Of a DNA stretch of 64,000 bases, positions 13,371 to 24,117 are shown in pieces; position 1 is the stretch's first letter; every line of letters starts with the position of its first letter. Position numbers and translations under genes: made by a program. Location: contig JAHRHZ010000100.1 of NCBI GenBank assembly GCA_024137785.1, forward strand, positions 2,937,427-3,001,426, in the 5' to 3' direction. This stretch comes from Ginglymostoma cirratum (taxonomy: Eukaryota). The notes under the pieces are model-generated. The model did no database searches, was not told the origin of the DNA, and saw only the letters and a list, made by a program, of their open reading frames with translations.

Positions 13371-14094
13371 TTTTTAAAACATTAATTAACAATTAGAGTT
13401 GGAGAGGATATTGCAAAGGTGCTTCTTTTTTGAAAGAGGAATTTTTTAGTAGCTTTTAGAAGATTTGTTGTTTCGTCTTAAACAAATAAAGACAGTTACT
13501 TCATGTTATCCATTGCAACTGTGTGACCATTTTAGAAATAGGATCATGGCAATTCACCTTATTAACAAATGGGGTGAAGCAGTTAAAATATTAGGTGAAA
13601 AGATTAGGATGTTTAAGTTGAACAAAATAATTTGGCAAAAATACTGTTTATGTAATTGCTTTGAAATGTACAATCAAATTGTCTATCACAAAACAAGCAC
13701 AATATTATCTTTTCTATAATTCTCACTGTCTATAAATGAAACTTTTTTTTGCAGTTGTATTCTTTGGAATGTATCCAATTTGAACTCAATTGAAACCATA
13801 CATCACATTATAGGACTCGTTCAGCAAACTGAGGAGAAAGATGAATTTCATTATACCGAAACACAAACTATGACAGATGCTAGAAATTAACATGGGGAAA
13901 GGAAATGCTGAAGATACTCTTAAGGTCAGGTAACATTAGCGGAGAGAAGAACAGAATTATTCCAGTGTCATTATTCTTCACAGTCCTGGGCAGATTAGTT
14001 GCCACACCAAGCCATGATGCATCTGGATAGAATGCTTTTGAAGGTGCATCGATGAAAATTTAAGAGTCTTTACGGACATGCTGAATTTCCTTAG

Positions 14095-15063
14095 CAAGGA
14101 GCAAGAGTTGGCCACACAGCTTTGGCATTCAATAAGATCATGGCTGATCTAACATTAACCTCAACCCTACATTTCCACATATCCCCAATAATCTTTCATC
14201 CTCTTGGTAATGAAGAATCTTATCTACCTCAGCTTTAAAAACATTTACAGATTAAGCCTCCATTGCCTTTTGAGGAAGAGACTCCCAAAGACACTCAATT
14301 CTCAGAGAGAGAACATGTTTCCTCATCTCAGTCTTAAATAGGTGACCCCCTTAACTTTAAACAACGACTCCTAATTTTAAAGTGTCCCAAAACAGGACAC
14401 ATTCGTTTAACGTCCACCCAGTCAAGTCCCCTCAGCATCTTGCATGTGTCAGGTAAGTCACCTCGGACTCATCTAAACTCCAAAGGATACAGGCCTAGTC
14501 TATCTAGCCTTTCATCATAAGGCAATCCACATATTCCAGGTATTTTTAAGTAAACTTTCTCTGAACAGCTTCCAATGCATTAACATCCCTCTGTAAGTAC
14601 AGTAGACAGTACTCCAAACACAGTTTCATCAATGCCCTGTGTAGCTAAAGCATAATCTCCCTGCTTTTGCATTCAATTTCCCTCACAACAAAACATAGTA
14701 TTCTATTAGCTTACCTGTTTACTTGCTGCACCTGCGTACTAAGCTTTATGCATTGGGGCACCCAGACCTGTCTGTACCTCAGAGCTCTGAAGCCTCTCAC
14801 CATTTTGAAAATATGCTTTCTTATTCTTTCTGCAAAAATGGATAATTACACACTTTCCCACATTGTACTCCATTTACCAGATCTTTGCCCACTTGATGAA
14901 TCTATCTATTTCCTTTTGTAATCTCCTTCTGTTCTCTTCTCATCTCACTTTCCTCCTCTACCTTTGTGTGATCAGCAAATCTACCTACTGTACTTTTGGT
15001 TGCTTAATCCAAATTGATTATATAAATTGTAAAGAGTCGAGGCCCCAGCACTGACCCCGAGGA
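14095..15063 (-). mobile_element. CR1 LINE 3' ~1 kb
   Basis: The minus strand has a PRGQCWG/QGSVLGP-like motif (~15040-15060) and a FADD-like motif (gatcagcaaat), and the CR1 tail lies at ~14095-14160. Confidence 0.8.
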
Positions 15064-15194
15064 GTAGCTGTCCTTTGTTCTGATTGTTCTGGTCAAAATG
15101 GAACGTGTGCATACTTTTGGTGCACTTTTGATTGTGAGAGCTCTGGACTACAGTTAACTCATAAAGGCAGTTAACCATTCATAAAGGGCTTTCA

Positions 15195-15558
15195 GGAGTG
15201 ACAAAGTGGTTCAGTGGTTAGCACTGCTGCTTCACAGCGCCGAGGACCTGAGTTTGATTCTACTTTCGGGTGACTGTCTGTATGGAGTTTGCACATTCTC
15301 CCTGTGTCTGCATGAGTTCCCTTCGGGTGCTCCGGTTTTCACCCACAGTCCAAAGACATGCAGGTTAGGTGGATTGGCCATGCTAAATTCCCCATAGTGT
15401 TCAGGGGTGTGGAGACTAGGTGGATTCGCCATGGAAAACATCGGGTTACAAGGATAGAGTATGAGGTTTAGTCTAGGTTGGATGCTCTTTGGAGGGTTGG
15501 TGTGAACTTGATGGGCCAAATGGCCTGCTTCCACATGTAGGGATTCTACGATTCTATG
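15195..15558 (+). mobile_element. HE1-type V-SINE
   Basis: tRNA head gtggttcagtggttagcactgctg, V-domain ctgtatggagtttgcacattctccc...cagtccaaagacatgcaggttagg, and CR1-derived tail gattctacgattctatg. Confidence 0.9.
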
Positions 15559-17597
15559 TGACATATGCTTAGTGGCAAAAATACACTGGAATAACTAGGT
15601 GGTCTTGATGACTCCCAAATCTGGTTTCATCAAAGCCAATTGAAAAGTCTTTTGTGCGTAGATGGCTGCCCAGCTTTTACACTTTCCAGAACAATGATAA
15701 ATTCCTTTTAAATATTGAAAGAATTTCTATTGAATTTTTTGTTTATTGTTCCACAGCAGCATGTGTTTTATTAACCATCAAAAAGGTCCAACTTGCAGAG
15801 CTGTGAATCTTGTTGTGTTCATTGTTAAACTCATCCAAGCTGACTGCTCTCCTCATTGCTTTGTGAGAAGTTGCTGGGATAAAAGGCTGACTTAGACTGC
15901 CTTGATCTGGTTCACTTTTAAGGAGTATGATTGATGTGATATATTCCTCTGCCTCAACATCAGTCTTCCAATTATCCTAACAATTTGGAAGACAAAGAAT
16001 TAAATGACAAAAAAAACCTGACAATTTAAAAAAGAGCTTTCTATTTACCACAAGAAAGGTATACCTTAATTTTGGCTGACAGCCATGTGCTGTCTAATGA
16101 GGGATTGTCTTACCAATCATTAATCATGGAAGCTATACTCCTCAGGGATTCAGATTGTTAAGTTAAAAATGGAATTGTTGATTAGTGAACCGTTAAAGCT
16201 CTCTCCATGTAAAATAGAATGAGAAGTAGGTTTGGCCAAGGTCCCTTAGAAAGCAAAAAGGAAGCATTAAAAAAGTTCTACAGATTTTAATTTATGTTTC
16301 TCTGTCTGCATGACAGCTCGATTTCCGTACGGCCACTATTAACAGTGGCATGATAGACACGTGAAGCATAGGTCTGCAACCCTAGACACAGTATGGTACT
16401 CAGGGATGGGTATTAAACATGCTCACAGGGTAGCACAGTTTGCTGCAAAGAATCTTATTATTCAGTTCAAAATGGAATGTGTGTGTATTTTTCGTGCGCT
16501 TTTCATTTTTGGGAGCTCTGGACTGCAATTAACTCATAAAGGCAGTCAACCATTTAGGTAAAGGTTTTCAGATAGTTTATTAAATTTGCAACAAGCAGCA
16601 ACTTTGATCCAAAACATTAGTTAATTAGATTTTTCAAAGTATATGACCCATTACAGATGAAATTATTGGAGGCAGCATCCTTGTCTTCAGCTGTTTAAGT
16701 CTTCTTCATCATATCCTGGTCTATGTTTTATCTGAAGTAGGCAAGCACTGCCTCTTGGTGAGGTCTGCAGCCCGACTATAATTGGCGCCATGACTTGGAA
16801 CATTTCTTGATGCCTCCTATTTATACGGGGTCTATTAATTAGTCCTATGTCAATCGACCATCTGAATCCGTCTACCTAAGGGACTCAAGACAGGTACTCA
16901 CCACATCTGAATAAGCATTGTCCTCTTGCTCACCCCCAGCTCAAGGTTGGCTTATGTTTTGTAATAGCGTACCCTTCTGCTTTTCTTAATCAGCTTGGGG
17001 CACGAGAATCAGTTGCCCTTGTTACCTCTGTCTAGAACCGGCCTTGTCCTAGTTTGTTTGAGGTTATTTATATTTGACACAAAGTAAAAGATTCAAAGTT
17101 GTCTCAGCTAAATTTATTTAAAAGTTTCAATCTTTGGAATAAGAAATGAGAGTCCTGAATGATAACAATGTGAAGATAAATTTGAACAATTCTTTTCTTC
17201 ATCTTGAGTGATCTTGTGGAAGGAAACCATTCTCGTGATTACGCAGCATAGACTTTGCCCTGCATAAATTTATCCAATTGCAAGTCTATAACTTACAGAT
17301 TTTATGCTGAATTTGACAATTTGTTTTTTTTTAAAAAAAGAACATTGCTGTCATTGAAAGTGTTTTGGCAAATCATTTTCAATACTTGCATAGGGAATGT
17401 CGTGTCTGTGATGTGACAAAGTTGTGCATTTCTGTGAATCCAATTAAAATTCATTTTAGAGAAGTCCCTTGTGTATCTGAAAAAGAAGCTTATCCCAGGC
17501 AGATGCTCTTAAGATCGATACGTGGGTTCAGTTAGTGAGAGGAAAACTCAACCAGGATTTCACTCCACATGTCAATGTATCAGTACAGGTCTGATCA

Positions 17598-18122
17598 ACA
17601 CACTACCAGAAGGATGTGGATACTTTGGAGAGGGTACAGAAAGGGTTCACCAGGATGATGCCTGGTATGGGTGATTTTAACTATGAAGAAAGGTCGGACA
17701 GACTGGGCTTGTTTGCACTGGAACGCAAAGGTTGAGGGGGGTGACCTGATAGACTTTTATAAGATTATGAATGGCATGGATAGAGTGAAAAGTATGAGGG
17801 CTTTTCCCAAGGTGGAGGAGTCAATTACCGCGGGCACTGGTTCAAGGTGCAGGAGTGGGGTGGGAGTGGGGAAGATTGAAACAAATGTGCAAGGGAAGTT
17901 TTTCACACAAAGGGTGGTAAGTGCCTGGAACACATTGCCAGAGGAGGTGGTGGAAGGTGACATAATCACAGTATTCAAGAAGCATTTGAATGAATACACG
18001 AACAGGGAGGGAATAGAAGAATATGGATCCTGTAAGTGAATACAGTTTCAGTACGGAAGGGCAAAATGTGTCGCCACAGGCTTGGAGAGCTAAAGGGCCT
18101 GTTCCTGGGCTATATTGTTCTT
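17598..18122 (+). mobile_element. CR1 LINE 3' fragment
   Basis: GDLIDFYKIMNGMDRV...FFTQRVVSAWNTLPEEVVE, followed by a CR1 tail. Confidence 0.9.
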
Positions 18123-19399
18123 TGAAAATGTCCTTGAGGAGACACTGTGTGATGATGATATTAGCATCATCTGGAATTTTTACGTATGAAAGTCTGAAGA
18201 ACTGTGGCAAGTTAACTTGGTGCTTCCAGGTGGGTGCAGGGTCAAGGATGGAGGAGAAGTATAAAATAAATAATGTTGCAGGTAGCTTTCTTTCCAACAA
18301 TTGGATCTTGATTCTTTAATGTTTGAAAATGTCACTGCCATTGCAACACCGGGCATCATATGGGAGTGGGGAGTCATCTACAAATTGTCTGCCAAATCTT
18401 CCAACATTTGCATTGATGGAATGAGCCATGTGCACTAATGGAAGCTAGAATTTTGGAAAAGATTTGACAAAAAACAGTTAATAATGTTGAGATTAAAATG
18501 GATAATTAACTCAAGAGCATTAGCATTTAATGTTTGAGCTGTCAGAAACATTTCAAAACGTGTTCAAAATGTTAAATGAATATTCTGTTGAAGCAAAGAT
18601 TTGTAGCACTGTTGGTGCATGACTGACCTTTAGTTTGTGCAAAGGATCATTAAATCTTTCAAATGTATGTAGTAAACACAATGCCTGGTCTTTTCATGTT
18701 TGATTCTCTTGCCAAAGACTGATATTAATGAATAGTAAGTAATCCTACGAATAAATACCTTGGATAACTAGATAGTTATAGATGCGATACATATTTTTAC
18801 ACTTCATTGTTCATGATTATTATTACAACTGGCATTTCGTGGCGCAGGCAATATTAGTGAAAAGTAGCGTCTGTTCAATCATTGTTGAATTCAGCTCCCT
18901 GATCCAACAGTGACAAATTTATGCTACCATTTGCTGCAAACATGATTCAGTTTGGCGCTGTAGGCAAAGCAAAGAGGTGGGAGTGGCATGGCCAATATGT
19001 AATACATTTCTGAGGATTGAGCCCAACACAGATCGGAAAAGCAGGTTATTTGATGAAGGCAATGACTGTGGAACTTAGCTCCATTGCTCCACTTGTGCAA
19101 ATTCCTATAAGTAGAGTTCGTATGTTTGGTCTCCTATGCAGATAAATGCATGTTCAGTGACAGTGAGTATGGGAGGATATTCATGATATGCAAGGTCAAA
19201 AATTGGAGTTTTAACATTACAAGAGACCATCCACACTAGCACTAGTCATAAATGATGACTGGCAGGTATCTCAGTGAGATGCTTTAACCTTCCTTTGCTA
19301 CAGAACCAGTGGAAGAACTGTGCTGAGTGTTGCTGGAAGGGTTTATAAAGGTTTTGAAGTTCACAAGCAAGTGGTGGTGGGCTTTGACAAGGAGTGGGA

Positions 19400-21200
19400 A
19401 AGCCTGCCAGGAGAAAATCTACTTTGAATAATGATGCTTTCCTCCTTGGCTGCAACACTGCAAGGAGATGATGAACAGGCACCAGAGAGGGGAAATTGTG
19501 CACATGTGGAGGAGGGTCTGTGGAGACCTCTCCACCGACCTCCACTAAATCTGGGAGCAATGTGGTGGTTAGATCCCATCGAGGAGCAGGTTACTGAACT
19601 GTGCCACCGTCTTCCACTCCAACTGCAACTTCACAGCACACCCTACTCTGTATGTCATCAGGGAATCCTCTTGTCCAGAATCCTGCAATATAAGAGACCA
19701 GGAACTAAGTTCCTGGTGACAAAGAGGCAATGGCAAGGACACTGGCCAAGTGACACTGCCAGGTATGCTGGCATTGTGATTTTGAGAGGCAAGAGCGGGT
19801 TTGTGCACTCAGGAGTTATTGCCAGTCCCCTGAAGAAGCACCTCAGCAAACTTTGTGACCTGCAGCTGCTCATTGCTGCACTGTGGAGAGATCCTGTAAG
19901 TTCCTTTGAAAACTGGTATCTGCTGCCGTAATGGCACCTGCAGGCTCTCAGATGGACTTGCAAGGCTGCCAGCATGGATTTCATGATATCAGTCTAACTT
20001 GCAATGCAGCATAGGGAAAGTCTGTGCTGCAATAGAAGCTAAAATGTTGATCACCTAATTGTACTATATCCACAAGTGCTGTCATGGAGATACCCATTGC
20101 TTAGATGGTGGAAGTTATATGTTCCAAGTTCAGTCAAAAGCTTTGTACCAAATCAGTTTTTCTTCTTTCACCTTGATAGTAGCAACATGATCTGAGGCAG
20201 GCGTGGTGTTACATCAGCATTCCTGTGTAAATGCACATCGACGATGTCGATATGAGAACCCTATTCTCGTCTGAGTCCTCTCCATCATAAAGTATCTGCA
20301 ATCTCACATTTCCTTAAGTTGGCAGATGCTCTGTCCCTTTCTCCCTGGTCTCGTTGTAGCCGGTGATTCACCATGTACTGATCCCAAGTCAGTGCTATCC
20401 TTTACCTGTAATGTAGTGCTCATATCTGAACTGGAGGTTGACTTTCTCAAATCAAGGGTAGGATGCTTCTTCATCAGAGATCTGCTGTTTGTCTTGCCTT
20501 TCAGTTTGAGGCTTCACTGAACTGGTCGGATGGCAAATCTTTTGCAATTAACAGTTAAAATGCAAAATGGAAGGACTGTTTAAGGGAACATGGGGAGAGG
20601 ACTGGGGAGTAGGTGAAGAGGGAGGTGTGGTGAAAAGTAAAAGGTTTATGGTCACACCATTTATGGTTTGCACTTCATGCCAGAGAGGGATTCAATTGGA
20701 ATGTGAGAACGTGTCTCAGGCAAGAACATAGTGTATTCAGTGTTCGTTAGGATGACAGCCAGCACAGTGCCAGCCCTATTCAACCTCTTCTTCAAAGTTT
20801 CAGGATATATTAACATGCTAGTTCCCTTCTGGTTCTCTGGTGGTCCCTACATTTATGTGAAATTTTGTCCTGCAATGGAATGTCCATGAGTATGTTGCAA
20901 TGTGTTTGTATGATATACTTGCCAGAGCTGAATAACTCAGTGTGCATGAAAACTGCCAGTGGTGACTCTAAGACTGGAAAATTGGCAAGTGAGGGCAGGT
21001 GGACCATCTGAACGTAGGAGATGGTGTTAGACTGTGGTGCATTAAACGGCATGAGAAGTAATAAGTAAGAAATGTCATTCTTTCACTGATCCTGACATTA
21101 CAATTAAGACCTTTAAACTTTTTGCAGTACTACAAAATGGTACTTGCAGATTGATTCTGGGAATTCCTTTCCTTACCATCTGCCAGAGGGTATGTCCTGG
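19400..21200. mobile_element. Probable decayed PIF/Harbinger element (transposase N-terminus on plus, Myb/SANT partner on minus)
   Basis: The plus strand has EQC...EEQVTELCHRLPLQLQ, resembling the HARBI1-like N-terminus. The minus strand at 20310-20440 reads STSSDMSTTLQVKDSTDLGSVHGESPATT, resembling the partner protein. Boundaries are uncertain. Confidence 0.4.
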
Positions 21201-21599
21201 CTCTCCCTCCCTTTCTCTAGAGTCCAGTTTTGAGTGCCTTTTTCTGCATTTGTCGTCTTCTCCGTTCCTTCTTAGACGTTTTCAGTCTGTCTACCAAAGA
21301 GGGACAGGCTGCGTACGAGCTGACTGATGTGAAACCTATGCACGTTTCTGGCCTCCTGCAGAGTGTGCAGGTAGTCAGCAGCATTTTCTGTACTGGACTG
21401 CACACTGTTATCATGCTGATAAGAGGATGGCTAGTTTGTATGTTGTTGCTTCAGTTCAATCAAATGCAGGACAATTGCAAATTGTGAACCCTGCTCCAGG
21501 GCTAATCTAATTTTTTTCCCAATAACTCTAATATGACAACTTGAGGGTGAGGGTGAGGGTGTGAGCAGTAATTGGTCAGTACATTAACTGATTAGAGTG

Positions 21600-22385
21600 T
21601 TTCCCCACAGAAAGTAAGATGGTTGTGGTTACTTGCAGTCAATCATCAAAGCCCTAGAAGATCACTGCAGGATTTTCTCAGGATAGTGTTTTAGGCAGAA
21701 CCATCTTTAACTACTTCATCAATGACTTTCCTTGTGCCATTAAGGTTGGAAGTAGGGGTGTTTTTTGGTGATTGTGCAATGTTCAACACCGTTTGCAACT
21801 TAAGTACTGAAGCAGTCCAAAGACAGCAAGGCCTGGGCAATATTCAGGTGTGGGCAGATAAGTGGCAAGTATGATTAGTACCAGGTAGTGATTTCCAACA
21901 AGCGAGGATCCAACCATTATCTTGTGGCAAAAACAAAGTTGCTGGAAAAGCTCAGCAGGTCCGGCAGAGTTTTGAGGAAGGGTCACCAGACCCGAAACGT
22001 TAACTCTGTTTTCTCCTCCACAGATGCTGCCAGACCTGCTGAGCTTTTCCAGCGACTTTGTTTTTGTTCCTGATTCACAGCATCCGCAGTTCTTTTGGTT
22101 TTCATTATCTCGTGACATTCAGTGGCATTGTTATTGCTGAGTCTCCCATGGTCGAGATCCTGAGGGTTACCATTGACCAGCAACTGAACTCGACTAGCCA
22201 TCGAAATACTGAATGCAATACTAAATACAAGGGCAGGTCAGAGGCAAGTAATTCGCTTCCTGTCTCCCCAAAGTCTGTCCACATGCACAAAGCATAAGAT
22301 TGAGTGGAATATTCTCCACTTGCCTGGATGAGTGCAGCTCCAAAAGACTCAAGCTTGACTCCATCCAGGACAAAGCAAGTCGCTT
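21600..22385 (+). mobile_element. CR1/L2-group LINE RT fragment, interrupted by a PLE insertion
   Basis: QDSVLGRTIFNYFINDFP, then ILRVTIDQQLN and EYSPLAWMSAAP. Confidence 0.75.
21930..22102. mobile_element. Fold-back Neptune-type PLE terminus with HHR
   Basis: A short inverted arm (21930-21967) precedes the plus-strand HHR and tail. The TSD cattatcttgtggca / cattatctcgtgaca (13/15) lies at 21915-21929 and 22103-22117. Confidence 0.85.
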
Positions 22386-22537
22386 GAATTCAAGCAGTTT
22401 AACACCAGTCTCGGAAAAGACAATTCATGCCTGGCTATCAAAAGACCTGTTTTGTGACTTAATTGAGGTTTAACACATCAGTGGAGTTCCTAAATGAAGT
22501 CAGTATTGATATTACCCTCAGATACCCTTTACCCTTT

Positions 22538-22718
22538 CCCCATCTGGTTCACTAATGCCCTTCAGGGAAGGAAACTGCCATCCTTACCTGGTCTGGCCTA
22601 CACGTGACTCCAGACCCACAGGCATGTGGTTGACTTTAGACTGCAGTCTGGGCAATTAGGGCTGGGCAATAAATGCTGGCCTGACCAGTGATGCCCACAT
22701 CCCATGAATGAACACAAA
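22538..22718 (+). mobile_element. 3' half of the SINE family seen at 8361-8714
   Basis: High similarity to 8537-8714. Confidence 0.8.
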
Positions 22719-24117
22719 AAGTAAACCTGCTGGACATATTCCTAAAATAACTGCAGCATAGCATAAACAAAAATATAAGACACTTACAGAGTCATAGACT
22801 CCTGAAGCCTGACAGAGTTTCCTGAGATTTCCACATCATGCACCATTCATTAGGGATTTGCCATTATTAAGGTGCAAGCTTTGAGCAAATTCAAGTCCAT
22901 GAGTGCTAATTATAACTGGATGGGTAAATATTAGGGCTAAATACCGTAGCATATCCACGCAAACGATACCTATTACTAGTTTAAATGTTATGAGTAATTA
23001 AATGGATAACTGTTAATCAGACAGAAACTATTTCGTTAGTTAAATTTGAGTTAGCTGATCGATTCGTTCCTTATTAGACACATTCTGCAGTAAAATGAGT
23101 AAATGCTATAGTTGTGGATAAATGCCATGAATAATTATACAGATGATTATGTGAGGAAATAATGTTGTAGAATGCTATTGATAAACATTGGACAATTGGA
23201 TCGATGATTACAGCTTTTTATGTCAGTTGGTTTGAGCCTTGCTTCAATGGTAGTACTTGAACCTTTAAGTCAGTTGATTGTTGTTTCGAACCCAACTCCA
23301 GATGTTGACTGTGCTTTGGACACTTTGACCAATTTATGTATTAAAACAATTTTATCCAAGTGCTCTTGCTGGTGGGACAAAGAGACACAAAATTCGGTTT
23401 GTGTTCAGCTCGATTTTATTAACAAAGTATCCTTTATTAAAAATGTCATGTAAGCATTTCACAAATTTCCACAGCATTTACCCTCTATCCAGCTCTGTCA
23501 GTGGATATGATTCACAATGATTCACATGTTTCAGCTGGGCTGTTGGAATCTCCTTCCTCTTTGACATCTCTTCCACAATGTTGGGTCCTGCACGTCAGGG
23601 TGGATCTCCTCCTGGGTCTTCTTGGGTGGCTGCATGGTCTTCCTCCATGAGGCTTGCAGTGAGTCTTTGCTGAGGGAGTGGCGTCAGTGTGTTCCCTTAT
23701 CTCTCTCATGCCAGATCTTCCAGAACATTCTGTGGCCATTGGCCAGTGAGGTCATGGGTGGGTTCAAAGCATTCAATGGGGTCGCACCAACACCCTTCAC
23801 TATTGCCATGCTGAGGAGGTGTAAAATTCACATACTCAGGCACTGGCTAGAAGTCAAGGTGCCAGAAAGTCTGATTGATACTTTTCCAATACATAACTTT
23901 CAGGTTGGTTGTAACTGATTTCTCCTGAGCCTTTATGACCTCTTTGACCTTGGATTCCTCTGTTCTCTGTAGTCGATAGCTGCTGGCTGCTGTTTAGTTT
24001 GGCTAATTTTCTGTCAAGCCTGATTTCTCAGGCTGTGGATCAATCTAGAATGTCCAATTTTAGGGCCAGGGTCAATTGACCACAACACATCTGAGGAATG
24101 CAGGTGGATGTCTACGC

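Noticed and set aside
15080-15200. H/ACA snoRNA interpretation of the duplicated unit
   Set aside because: There is no correctly placed ANANNA hinge, and the hairpins are not preserved in the second copy.
16690-17060. Possible ERV LTR (minus-strand TATA gtataaatag)
   Set aside because: No TG/CA ends, TSD or second copy could be identified.
23235-23330. tRNA-like sequence
   Set aside because: Degenerate SINE head; it cannot form a cloverleaf. The same applies to the heads at 15195, 27465 and 36555.
23500-23870. Possible RTE/RTEX 3' end (PHGGRPCSHPRRPRRR on minus)
   Set aside because: Too degenerate to support a call.
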